Below are positions 25,577 to 33,947 of a DNA stretch of 64,000 nt, one piece after another (the first letter of the stretch is position 1; each line of letters begins with the position of its first letter). The DNA is from a virus. The notes beneath the pieces were generated by a model. That model did not search any database, was not told where the DNA came from, and saw only the letters and a program-made list of their open reading frames with translations. Location: positions 598 through 64,597 of the IMG/VR virus record IMGVR_UViG_3300048909_000330. One strand, 5' to 3'. The translations under genes were made by a program, and so were the position numbers.

Positions 25577-26028
25577 GCGATACGAAAGACACGAATCCGC
25601 CCATGGATAACCCGAAAGACCGCATCGGCTCTAACAAGATGCTCGCCGGCTGCGTTCCCGACACGCTAATGGTCTATGCGTCAATGGCCTTCACCGAAGG
25701 AATGTTGAAGTACGGGGCCTACAACTGGCGAATCGCGGGCGTCCGCAATTCGATCTATCACGACGCGCTCAAGCGACACATCGCAAAGTGGTGGAACGGT
25801 GAATGGGCGGACCCGAAAACGAAGGTCCCTCACCTCGCTAACGCACTCGCCTGCATCGGAATCATTCTCGACGCCGAACTGTGCGGGAAATTGGTTGACG
25901 ACCGTCCGCCGTCTGTCGATATGGCGGCACTGATCGACTCTCAAGAGGAAGTCGTGAAGCAACTCAAGGCGCTGTTTGCGGACAAGGATCCGCAGCATTT
26001 CACGATCGCAGACACGGAGGCCGCATGA
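25573..26028 (+). CDS. dATP/dGTP diphosphohydrolase-like protein (DUF5664-like)
   Basis: NPKDRIGSNK...FTEGMLKYGAYNWR...ALKRHIAKWWNGE...PHLANA. Confidence 0.85.
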   Translation: MSDTKDTNPPMDNPKDRIGSNKMLAGCVPDTLMVYASMAFTEGMLKYGAYNWRIAGVRNSIYHDALKRHIAKWWNGEWADPKTKVPHLANALACIGIILDAELCGKLVDDRPPSVDMAALIDSQEEVVKQLKALFADKDPQHFTIADTEAA

Positions 26029-26108
26029 TCCCCCTAGGAATATTAGAAGCAATCGTTCTCGCTTTTCTTCTGGTGGGATGTGGGGCGGTGTTGTGGAGGT
26101 TGAGATGA
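26025..26108 (+). CDS. Possible 27-aa membrane peptide
   Basis: Hand-translated MIPLGILEAIVLAFLLVGCGAVLWRLR; overlaps both neighbours by 4 nt. Confidence 0.45.
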   Translation: MIPLGILEAIVLAFLLVGCGAVLWRLR

Positions 26109-26368
26109 GTGATTTGAGAAAGCGATACGTTGCGGCGCTCAAAGAAATGGCATTGGGTATGTTCACCGCCCCTTTTCGCAACGGCTACTTCGACGAGTTG
26201 TGGCAGGCGTTCAGCGAATTCTCACGCCTGTTTCTGATGTTCTGGTTCTGGATGCTCTCGATTGCGACCTATCCCGTCTCGGTTTTCTTCTTCGCGGGGC
26301 TGTCTTTGTATTCGGACATGAAGAACGAAAAGGCTATCCGCAAGGCACATGAGGAGTTCATGCGATGA
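26105..26368 (+). CDS. Membrane protein
   Basis: GGAGG RBS; LFLMFWFWMLSIATYPVSVFFFAGLSLY. Confidence 0.6.
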   Translation: MSDLRKRYVAALKEMALGMFTAPFRNGYFDELWQAFSEFSRLFLMFWFWMLSIATYPVSVFFFAGLSLYSDMKNEKAIRKAHEEFMR

Positions 26369-26784
26369 CCGACCGCCAACGATTCGTTCTCGCACATGCG
26401 ACGGCGCGTCAGATGGCATCGCGCGCATGCATCCAGGCTCCGGACGGCTATGTCGTCGAGATAAAGCCCCGCACGCGCTCACTCGACCAGAACGCCAAGA
26501 TGTGGGCGATGCTCGCTGACCTGTCGAGGCAAGTCGAATGGTACGGCCAGCAGCTCACGTCCGAAGAGTGGAAGGACATACTGACGGCGGCGCTCAAGAA
26601 GCAAAAGGCCGTGCCTGGAATTGACGGCGGCTTCGTTGTCATCGGCGCGCGCACACGAAACATGACCATTCGCGAGATGAGCGATCTGGTCGACTTGATG
26701 TACGCCTTCGGTGCGGAGAAAAACGTCCAGTGGTCGGAACCAGCAATGCAGGGTTACGAGGAAATGACGCGGGGTGCGGCGTGA
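26365..26784 (+). CDS. ninB: NinB-family recombination protein
   Basis: RSLDQNAKMWAML...EEWKDILTA...GIDGGFV...MSDLVDLMYAFGAE. Confidence 0.9.
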   Translation: MTDRQRFVLAHATARQMASRACIQAPDGYVVEIKPRTRSLDQNAKMWAMLADLSRQVEWYGQQLTSEEWKDILTAALKKQKAVPGIDGGFVVIGARTRNMTIREMSDLVDLMYAFGAEKNVQWSEPAMQGYEEMTRGAA

Positions 26785-27221
26785 AGCGCACTCCCCTGAC
26801 GCGCAAGACCCCGCTGAAATCCGGCTCATGGTCCCGCAAAGACTCACCACTCCCCGACACGAAGCTTCGTCGGTCGCGCATGAAGTCTCGAGCAAAGAAG
26901 CCGACCGTCGCCGAGGGTTCGAGGTATCTGGCGGCGTGTCGCGGCGAGGACTGCTATCTGCGAGTGCCATCACAGTGCCGCCGCATCCCGAACGACGAGA
27001 CGGTTGTTCCATGCCACGAAAACAGCCTGGCAGCGGGTAAAGGGACGGGCTTGAAGTCCAGCCATGAGCGAACCGTTCCGGGCTGTTTCTGGTGCCATTC
27101 GTGGCTCGACCAAGGCAAAGGAACGCGCGAAGAAAAGGCAATCGTGTTCAAGTTGGCCTACGCAGAATGGGAGCCGGTGCGCGCGAGAAAGATGGGGATT
27201 CAAATGCTGGAGGCCGCTTGA
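26781..27221 (+). CDS. DUF1364-like Zn-binding nuclease-domain protein
   Basis: CRGEDCYLRVP...TVVPCHEN...GKGTGLKS...VPGCFWCH. Confidence 0.8.
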   Translation: MKRTPLTRKTPLKSGSWSRKDSPLPDTKLRRSRMKSRAKKPTVAEGSRYLAACRGEDCYLRVPSQCRRIPNDETVVPCHENSLAAGKGTGLKSSHERTVPGCFWCHSWLDQGKGTREEKAIVFKLAYAEWEPVRARKMGIQMLEAA

Positions 27222-27511
27222 GATACGCAGCCCGCGCTGACCGGAATCAGCCGGAAATCGTCAAGGCATTGCGCAGGGTCGGCGTGTCGGTCCAACCACT
27301 GCATACGATCGGTCGCGGCATTCCCGATCTGCTGTGCTCGTTCGGTTCCCGCACCTTCTTGATCGAGATCAAAGACCCGACCAAGCCGAAGTCAGACCGG
27401 CAGCTAACGGACGCGCAGAAGAAGTGGCATGCAGGATGGCCCGGGGAAATCTATGTGGTTGAAACCGTCGATGAAGCGTTGGCCGCCGCTGGCTTCAAGG
27501 AGGCCGCATGA
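27218..27511 (+). CDS. VRR-NUC/PD-(D/E)xK resolvase-like nuclease
   Basis: TTG start; DRNQPEIVKALR...GIPDLL...LIEIKDP...LTDAQKKW. Confidence 0.8.
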   Translation: MRYAARADRNQPEIVKALRRVGVSVQPLHTIGRGIPDLLCSFGSRTFLIEIKDPTKPKSDRQLTDAQKKWHAGWPGEIYVVETVDEALAAAGFKEAA

Positions 27512-28158
27512 CAAAAGTAAGCGAATCCGTGATGTGCAAGATCGAGGGCTGTGGCCGGAAAGCGATGTACCGGGAGCAGCAGGTTTGTCAGAAGCACTAC
27601 TTCCGATTTATGAGGAATGGGACGTATGAGCGCGCGGTGAAGAGAATGGACCGGCGACAGGACGCCAGGGGTTATTGGCAAATGTATATGCCAGAACATC
27701 CATTGGCCGATAGCACCGGCCAGGTGTGGGAACACCGGAAGATTGTCTATGAGAGATATGGCGACAACCTGCCGCCTTGCGAGCTTTGCGGCAAGCCTGT
27801 TACGTGGAAGACGGTGCACATCGATCACGAGGATGAAAACCGCTCGAACAACGACCCGAAGAATCTTAGGCCGCTTTGCCGGGGCTGCAACGTTTCCAGG
27901 CCAGTTCGTGCGGACGCGGTCTTGCTGACAATCAACGGTGTCACGAAAAATGTTCTGCATTGGGCCGAAGAATCCGGATGCACCGTGTGTGACACAGTCA
28001 TTCGCAACCGTGTAAAAGCCGGATGGCCGCATGACCGGGCTGTGTTTGATCCTCCGCGGTCGAAATTCATGCCGACAGTGATGAACAAGAAGGCCCGCAG
28101 GCTGGAGAAGCGGATAGCGGTAAAAAACGAAGTCAATCAACTGGGTGAGGCGGCATGA
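27508..28158 (+). CDS. HNH endonuclease
   Basis: CELCG...HIDHEDENRSNNDPKNLRPLCRGCN. Confidence 0.88.
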   Translation: MTKVSESVMCKIEGCGRKAMYREQQVCQKHYFRFMRNGTYERAVKRMDRRQDARGYWQMYMPEHPLADSTGQVWEHRKIVYERYGDNLPPCELCGKPVTWKTVHIDHEDENRSNNDPKNLRPLCRGCNVSRPVRADAVLLTINGVTKNVLHWAEESGCTVCDTVIRNRVKAGWPHDRAVFDPPRSKFMPTVMNKKARRLEKRIAVKNEVNQLGEAA

Positions 28159-28292
28159 AAGAAGGCATCGGATTCGGTTCTGCTCTGGCGATGGTCATGA
28201 GCTACGTGAAATGGAAAAGCATTTGGTGGGCAATCGCGCACGGGTTCTTTTCATGGTTCTACGTCATCTACTACGCAGTCAAATATCAGTGA
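28155..28292 (+). CDS. Small conserved membrane protein (45 aa)
   Basis: Hand-translated MKEGIGFGSALAMVMSYVKWKSIWWAIAHGFFSWFYVIYYAVKYQ. Confidence 0.7.
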   Translation: MKEGIGFGSALAMVMSYVKWKSIWWAIAHGFFSWFYVIYYAVKYQ

Positions 28293-28300
28293 GTAAAGCA

Positions 28301-28516
28301 ATGAAGAAAACCAAAGTCGTCAGCACGAAGAACCTGCCGGTTCGCGTCCCCACTGTTGCGACCATCGCGTGGTGGTTGTTGCTGGACCGCTTGCACGTGT
28401 CGCCCATCGCGTGGGGCGTCTTCTACACGCTTGCCGCGATTATCTGGATCATCACCATCGTTGGCCTGTTCGTTCAGGAAAGCGCCGATCCGTTTGAGCC
28501 GAGGGGCCATCAATGA
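28301..28516 (+). CDS. Two-TM membrane protein
   Basis: MKKTKVVSTKNLP...two hydrophobic helices. Confidence 0.65.
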   Translation: MKKTKVVSTKNLPVRVPTVATIAWWLLLDRLHVSPIAWGVFYTLAAIIWIITIVGLFVQESADPFEPRGHQ

Positions 28517-28800
28517 CCGCCGAATACCAAATCACATCGCTCAAAGACTTCTTCGCGATCCCGCCTGAGTCGATCGACGCATGCCTAGCTGACTTCAAGA
28601 AGTGGATCGAACTGGCGCGCGCGCCCAATACCCTTACGGAAGACTTCAACACGCTCGTTGGCATCGAAAGCGCGGTGACGTTCCGCGACGATAGTTTCGT
28701 GTGGATCGATGATGGCATTGTAGGGATCACGCGCATTGAGCTAAGGGACGGCAAGACGGGCGAGGCCGTGCGCATTTCTATCGAGGACGACGCGGCATGA
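28513..28800 (+). CDS. Hypothetical protein
   Basis: Coupled ORF. Confidence 0.65.
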   Translation: MTAEYQITSLKDFFAIPPESIDACLADFKKWIELARAPNTLTEDFNTLVGIESAVTFRDDSFVWIDDGIVGITRIELRDGKTGEAVRISIEDDAA

Positions 28801-29051
28801 GAGAAGACAAATCTGCAATGAGTATGTTGCTTTCCGAGGGCATAAAGGTTGACCTTGGCCCCGATGACTTTTGTGCATTTTGGCGAGGATATGAGTTCCA
28901 CGTTTGGCGCGATAGGAGTTGGTACATCATCGTGAAGCATCCGGACGGCGGCTATCTGTATGACGGGTTGTGGGCCGAAAGCGGCGACAAGACGGTGGAA
29001 GAAGCCGTTGAAGAGGCGTTCCGAGGCGCACAACTGACGGAGGCAACATGA
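28797..29051 (+). CDS. Hypothetical protein
   Basis: WYIIVKHPDGGYLYDGLW. Confidence 0.65.
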   Translation: MREDKSAMSMLLSEGIKVDLGPDDFCAFWRGYEFHVWRDRSWYIIVKHPDGGYLYDGLWAESGDKTVEEAVEEAFRGAQLTEAT

Positions 29052-29566
29052 CTATCGACCTCGACAAGCTCGAGACTCTTGCTAAGGCAGCGGGCGGCGA
29101 ATCATGGTCAACCGAATGCGGCCCCGCTGGCACGTTCGACGGCATGCATGTGTGGGGACCGGATGGCGATTCCGTATGCCGCGTCTTCGGCAATATCGGT
29201 AATTGGCCCGAGCCTATCGACGAGTCGCAGATTGCGGCGCACATCGAGGCTAATTCGCCGAAGGCCATTCTCGAACTCTGCGCCGAGGTGCGGAGACTGA
29301 GGGAGCGGCTTGAGATAGACGACCGGCATCCCTATGACGGGATCCATTGCCGTGACGTGACCATCAAGACGCAAGACGACATTATCGAGTCGCTGCAGAA
29401 GGATGCGGATCGTTATCGATGGATGCGCCGAGGTATGCCGCTAAACGTCACGGTTCCCGTCAAGGATAAAGAGGTTCACTACTTTCTGGGCCACAAGCCA
29501 GAAGCGAAATTTCCTGAGTGTTTGGATGCTGCTATCGATGCGGTGATCGCAAAGGAAAAACCATGA
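29048..29566 (+). CDS. Ead/Ea22-like protein
   Basis: IDLDKLETLAKAA...IAAHIEANSPKAILELCAEVRRLR. Confidence 0.75.
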   Translation: MTIDLDKLETLAKAAGGESWSTECGPAGTFDGMHVWGPDGDSVCRVFGNIGNWPEPIDESQIAAHIEANSPKAILELCAEVRRLRERLEIDDRHPYDGIHCRDVTIKTQDDIIESLQKDADRYRWMRRGMPLNVTVPVKDKEVHYFLGHKPEAKFPECLDAAIDAVIAKEKP

Positions 29567-29868
29567 GCCCCTTCATCCGTGGCCTGCTGGCCGGGTTCTT
29601 CATCGGTGTCGGGACATGCGGCGCATTCGTACTTCACCGCCTCCAGCGTCGCCCGAAGATGCCGACGATGAGGCGCGCTTGCGGATATCAACCGCTATCC
29701 GGAACACGCATGCCACCGCCACCGATGCCGCGCGTCAAGCCAATGCGTGAGCAGATACCCGAGCAGATTCGCGGGAGTGGGCAGATACGAGAGGCTGACC
29801 TTGTGGATGTGGGCGGAATCGGTGATGGGCCGATTTACATGTATGGCGTGACGGGGGAAGAGAGATGA
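29563..29868 (+). CDS. Protein with an N-terminal TM helix
   Basis: MSPFIRGLLAGFFIGVG. Confidence 0.55.
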   Translation: MSPFIRGLLAGFFIGVGTCGAFVLHRLQRRPKMPTMRRACGYQPLSGTRMPPPPMPRVKPMREQIPEQIRGSGQIREADLVDVGGIGDGPIYMYGVTGEER

Positions 29869-30047
29869 CCACCGCTCAATATCGATGCCTCATCGCGCAC
29901 ATGATGCACTGGAAGTTTGGCATGGAAGAGGCCATGAAAGACGTTGGAATCACCATATCCAAGGAAGACGTGGTTCATCACCTATGGAAGTGCGGATGGG
30001 AATACGACGAGGCTACGGACACTATTCGTTACGACGAGGAAGAGTGA
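29865..30047 (+). CDS. Small hypothetical protein
   Basis: Coupled ORF. Confidence 0.5.
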   Translation: MTTAQYRCLIAHMMHWKFGMEEAMKDVGITISKEDVVHHLWKCGWEYDEATDTIRYDEEE

Positions 30048-30148
30048 CGCCATAGCACAACGTTTCGCGCAGGACAACTAATTTTCGGATACAATATAGG
30101 TCGTTGATTTAGCTTCCACCAACTAGATGTTGTGTTGCGGGGTTAGGA

Positions 30149-30583
30149 ATGGATTTTGAGAACCTTGAAGAGCGTCTTGAGAATTGGTCTCGCGTAGTTC
30201 GCTCGCCTCGATTCCAATCTGGCGAATGCGCCGCATGGGCAAAGTTGTATGTGGCACTGCGCGACGCCGAAAAGATGCGTGATGTGCCGGCTATGACCAA
30301 AGATGAGCGGGACGGTTGGTTAGTCGAAAAGGCGTGGGCAGCACTTCCGAACCATACTTACAAGCTAAGCCTCAAGTATCACTACATCTGGCGCATGGAT
30401 CTGAATCAGGTCAGCACCAAGCTCCGCAAATCGCATGACATCATCACGCGCGGGATCAAGATGGAGTTGGTCATGTCCCAAGCAAAATCCGCGCTCCGCA
30501 AAAGCATCGCAAAACTGACCGCCAAAGAATTGTTGGATATTTTCGCAACAGAGGGTTGTAAACAAGAAACTTGTTCTGTATAG
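30149..30583 (+). CDS. Q-like late antiterminator
   Basis: LEERLENWSR...DGWLVEKAW...LKYHY; followed by a pR'/tR' unit. Confidence 0.75.
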   Translation: MDFENLEERLENWSRVVRSPRFQSGECAAWAKLYVALRDAEKMRDVPAMTKDERDGWLVEKAWAALPNHTYKLSLKYHYIWRMDLNQVSTKLRKSHDIITRGIKMELVMSQAKSALRKSIAKLTAKELLDIFATEGCKQETCSV

Positions 30584-30584
30584 T
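30556..30584 (+). promoter_or_regulatory. Late promoter pR'
   Basis: TTGTAA-17-TATAGT overlapping the end of the Q-like gene. Confidence 0.8.
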
Positions 30585-30667
30585 CGGGTCTCAGATTGAG
30601 ATGACTGTTTGCGGCCACCGCGCCTGCGCTTACTTTCGCTGAATGCGAGGTAGAGCCGTCTCAGTAG

Positions 30668-30708
30668 AAAGCCCGCTCCAGCGAAAGCTAGTGCGGGTTT
30701 TTTGTTTT
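30668..30708 (+). terminator. tR'-like terminator
   Basis: CCCGC..AGC-GAAA-GCT..GCGGG followed by TTTTTT. Confidence 0.8.
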
Positions 30709-30721
30709 CAGCCCCCCCCTT

Positions 30722-30907
30722 ATGCGCTCCACAGCCCTTCCATCGCACCTCTACGGCGATCCGATGGAGATATTGGCCGCTAAGCAAGCGCAAGAAGCGA
30801 GAGAGAAGCGCCAAGGCAAGCGCCCCATCCTGCACGTTAAGGGCTGGAGCAAGGAGCGCGAAGCTGCTGAGGCGTTATTCGACTTGCCCAAGAATGACAG
30901 GAGCTGA
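30722..30907 (+). CDS. Small hypothetical protein
   Basis: LYGDPMEILAAKQAQE; first ORF after tR'. Confidence 0.5.
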   Translation: MRSTALPSHLYGDPMEILAAKQAQEAREKRQGKRPILHVKGWSKEREAAEALFDLPKNDRS

Positions 30908-31103
30908 CCATGAATCCGTACACGGCATGGATGCTTTGGCTATCGACGTGGCATCTAGGGATGTCACAGACCTACATGGAATGGGCGCAACAGATGGAAA
31001 GCGACGCTTCGTGATGGACTCCTTCGGCCCGCGCTGCTGGTGGTGCACAAGGCCAATGGATGGCAGGAAGGTCTGTTGTGATTGGCGGCAGGTAGGTGAT
31101 TGA

Positions 31104-31450
31104 GCATTCTCAATCAAGACGATTCTCCGTTGCGGACATCGCGGCGGTAAATAGACCTGGCCGGGTAGAGTCGTCTTGATTGAGAGCGAATGCGGGATGC
31201 TGACCCGCATGCAAGCGAACCAGAAACTGCAGTCGCGCACTGAACTGGTTGTGTGCCGCAAGCCCGAGATCAGCGCGGGTGCTCTCTGGAATGTCGTGAG
31301 ACATACCGAAGTACCGCCCAAGCGAAGACTTGGGCCTTCATGCAGGCGCATTCAGCGCGGGTAAAGCAAGCCGCAGTTCTCCACGATTGCTGGAGACTAC
31401 CTGATCGGGTGCGGGACTGCTCCGGGAGTGCGCCGCCATGAAGGTGAAAT
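31104..31450 (+). ncRNA. Densely structured non-coding stretch
   Basis: 19-bp stem 31108-31126/31167-31185 plus at least six further hairpins; no convincing ORF. Confidence 0.45.
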
Positions 31451-31546
31451 TAGCGCTGCGCCGGCCGATTGGCCCCTGCGGGTTACGCGAGCGCGCGAAA
31501 GTAGCTTTCCCCTGCTCTCTCCTCGCTCAGGTATTCACTTGAGTTT

Positions 31547-31567
31547 GGCGCTACGGCGCCTTTTTTT
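31547..31567 (+). terminator. Intrinsic terminator
   Basis: GGCGC-TACG-GCGCC followed by T7. Confidence 0.75.
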
Positions 31568-31574
31568 CTTTGCT

Positions 31575-31639
31575 GCGCAGCTAGGGTCATCCCCGAAGAG
31601 CCGACCATCCAACGGCCTGCTGCGCACATTCATTGGATG
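31575..31639 (+). ncRNA. Three-way junction plus pseudoknot leader motif, copy A
   Basis: P1 GCGCAGC/GCTGCGC, UA, P2 GGG/CCC, GAAGA, P3 GCCG/CGGC; loop CATCCAA pairs with TTGGATG. Confidence 0.7.
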
Positions 31640-31655
31640 TTGAGAGGGATCTCAT

Positions 31656-32120
31656 ATGAAAGAAATTCCCATTGGTGAAGGCTTTGTCGCGCTTGTCGAT
31701 GATGCGGACTATGAATTAGTCTCGGCGCATAAATGGTGCATGCACACTATTGGCTATGCCTGTACATACATAGGGACTCCGAAGCAGGAAGGTTTCCTTT
31801 TGCATAGATTCCTGGTGGGTCTTGGCAAAGGAGACAAGAGGTGCGTTGATCACATAAATGGAAACAAACTAGACAATCGAAGGGAAAACCTTCGAATTTG
31901 CTCTCATGCAGAGAACATGAGAAATCGAAAGATCAATAAAAACAATACATCTGGATTCAAGGGAGTTCGGCGCAATCATCGTGGTGAGAAGTGGTGTGCC
32001 CGGATTAAAGTGGATGGGGTGATGGTGGGCCTCGGTTCATATGACACCCGAGAAGCGGCGCATGAGGCATACAAGGCGGCCGCGCTCAAATATCACGGCG
32101 AATTCGCCAGTTTTGGCTGA
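31656..32120 (+). CDS. HNH-AP2 homing endonuclease-like protein
   Basis: VDHINGNKLDNRRENLRICSHAENMRN...SGFKGV...WCARI; visibly AT-richer. Confidence 0.9.
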   Translation: MKEIPIGEGFVALVDDADYELVSAHKWCMHTIGYACTYIGTPKQEGFLLHRFLVGLGKGDKRCVDHINGNKLDNRRENLRICSHAENMRNRKINKNNTSGFKGVRRNHRGEKWCARIKVDGVMVGLGSYDTREAAHEAYKAAALKYHGEFASFG

Positions 32121-32128
32121 GAAAAGAC

Positions 32129-32338
32129 ATGCCGCGCAAGAAAGTGATTCCGGTTGTCGAGGAGCAAAGCGTTTGCAAGACATGCCGCCATGCCTGGTAC
32201 CACCAGGATATCTGGCTGTGCAGGCGTTATCCGCCGACCGCCGTCTATGACTTCGAAGAGCGCGCTGCGTGCAGTTCGTTTCCTGTCGTGCGCGCTGATC
32301 TGACATGCGGTGAGTTTTCGCCGCTGCTGAACAGCTAG
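32129..32338 (+). CDS. Small Cys-rich protein
   Basis: CKTCRH...CRRYPP...CGEF. Confidence 0.7.
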   Translation: MPRKKVIPVVEEQSVCKTCRHAWYHQDIWLCRRYPPTAVYDFEERAACSSFPVVRADLTCGEFSPLLNS

Positions 32339-32465
32339 TAACGCTTTCTTATCAGAATCTTATCGCTGGGTGATAAGGTTTTGAGAAGATTAAAAGTGTC
32401 AATATTTTGTCTTTATTGACCAGAAAGTGGCGCTTTGATATCTCCAATGACCAAATCGGGACCTT

Positions 32466-33647
32466 ATGGACGTTGACGACAATCTGCGTTCATTCGCGAC
32501 GCCGCGGCAACTAGAAGTGCTCGAAGCTGTCGAGAAATACAAGACGCAACGAGCTGCGGCAGAGGCGTTGGGTGTGTCGCATGGCACCGTTGGCGACGTG
32601 ATGTCTGCGCTAAAGAAGCGTGCGGCCAAGATGGGCTACAGCCCGGCGCACAGCATGACCCATGCGGTGCCCGATGGCTTTCTGGCCAAAGGTGTGTCGT
32701 CCTATTTCAATAAGGACGGTGTGCTGAGTGGGCAATGGGTCAAGTCGGCCATCGACCGGGATCGCCAGGAAGCGATCATGCGCGAAGGCTTCGCGGCAAT
32801 GGCGGAAATCCTGCCGCGCGTTAAGCCTGCGCCGGCCCCTGCCAAAGTTGACGCATCGCTGTGCAACGTCTACACGCTGACCGACTGCCACGTCGGAATG
32901 CTTGCAAGCGCGAAAGAAACGCTTAACGCCGATTGGGATCTGAAAATAGCTGAGCGCACGCTTACCGCGGCGTTCTGCCATATGGTCAATGCCGCGCCGC
33001 AAGCGTCCGTTGGCGTGGTGGCGCAACTCGGCGACTGGCTGCATTCGGATGGTTCCGGTGGCCTTTTGCCGATAACGCCCCAACATGGCCACGTCCTGGA
33101 CCAGGATGGTCGATTCTCGAAGATCGTTTCATCGTCCATTCGCATTCTGCGTCGCATCGTAGACTTCGCGCTTGAGCGACACGAAAAGGTTGTCGTGCTG
33201 CTTGCGGAAGGTAATCACGACATGGCGTCGAGCATTTGGCTCCGCGCGATGTTCGCCGCGCTGTACGAGAATGAGCCGCGCGTCCAGGTGATTGATTCGG
33301 CGCTGCCCTACTACGTTTATCAGCATGGCGAGACCATGTTGGCCTTTCACCATGGGCATCTGAAACGTAACGATGACTTGCCGCTTCTGTTCGCAAGCCA
33401 GTTCCCGAAAGTCTGGGGCGCAACGTCCAAACGCTATTGCTCGACAGGCCATCGACACCATGTCGAGGAAAAAGAGCACTCGGGAATGACCGTGATCCAG
33501 CATCCGACGCTCGCCGCTCGAGACGCATATGCAGCTCGCGGCGGATGGCTGTCGGAGCGCAGCGCAACGGCTATCACGTACCACGACAGGTTCGGGCAGG
33601 TCGCGCGCAATACGGTGGTCCCAGAAATGTTTGAGGCGGCAGCATGA
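32466..33647 (+). CDS. HTH plus calcineurin-like metallophosphoesterase
   Basis: TQRAAAEALGVSHGTV HTH; TDCH, GDWLH, GNHD, HHGH, GHRH. Confidence 0.85.
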   Translation: MDVDDNLRSFATPRQLEVLEAVEKYKTQRAAAEALGVSHGTVGDVMSALKKRAAKMGYSPAHSMTHAVPDGFLAKGVSSYFNKDGVLSGQWVKSAIDRDRQEAIMREGFAAMAEILPRVKPAPAPAKVDASLCNVYTLTDCHVGMLASAKETLNADWDLKIAERTLTAAFCHMVNAAPQASVGVVAQLGDWLHSDGSGGLLPITPQHGHVLDQDGRFSKIVSSSIRILRRIVDFALERHEKVVVLLAEGNHDMASSIWLRAMFAALYENEPRVQVIDSALPYYVYQHGETMLAFHHGHLKRNDDLPLLFASQFPKVWGATSKRYCSTGHRHHVEEKEHSGMTVIQHPTLAARDAYAARGGWLSERSATAITYHDRFGQVARNTVVPEMFEAAA

Positions 33648-33850
33648 GCAACGTTATCCGCCCCGCCGTCTCGATTAACGGCGAGTACATCACGCATGGC
33701 GAGGTTGAATCGCTGCGCGCGGCGGTGACGGCTTTCCATAGCGAAATGTCCGACCCGCTAGCCCTTGGCGATGACGAGCATGGTCGGTTCATGGCCAAGC
33801 ACTACCGCCAGCACATGGAGCGCATTCTGCGACTCATGGGCGTCCTGTAA
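33644..33850 (+). CDS. Hypothetical protein
   Basis: Coupled ORF. Confidence 0.65.
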   Translation: MSNVIRPAVSINGEYITHGEVESLRAAVTAFHSEMSDPLALGDDEHGRFMAKHYRQHMERILRLMGVL

Positions 33851-33947
33851 AGACTCCGCAGCTAGACCACGGCTGTTCAGCCGTCCCCAGGTCTAGCCAA
33901 TCCGCGCAATGCGGTGCGCCCGTTCGCGGGCAATAATTCTTGAGTAG

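Noticed and set aside
25573-26028. Z-genome or deazaguanine DNA modification system
   Set aside because: No purZ, dpdA, queC/D/E or phage polymerase in the window.
23510-28158. Many proteins ending in EAA or xAA
   Set aside because: A by-product of the GGAGGCxGC-ATGA translational-coupling signal, not a degradation tag or repeat family.
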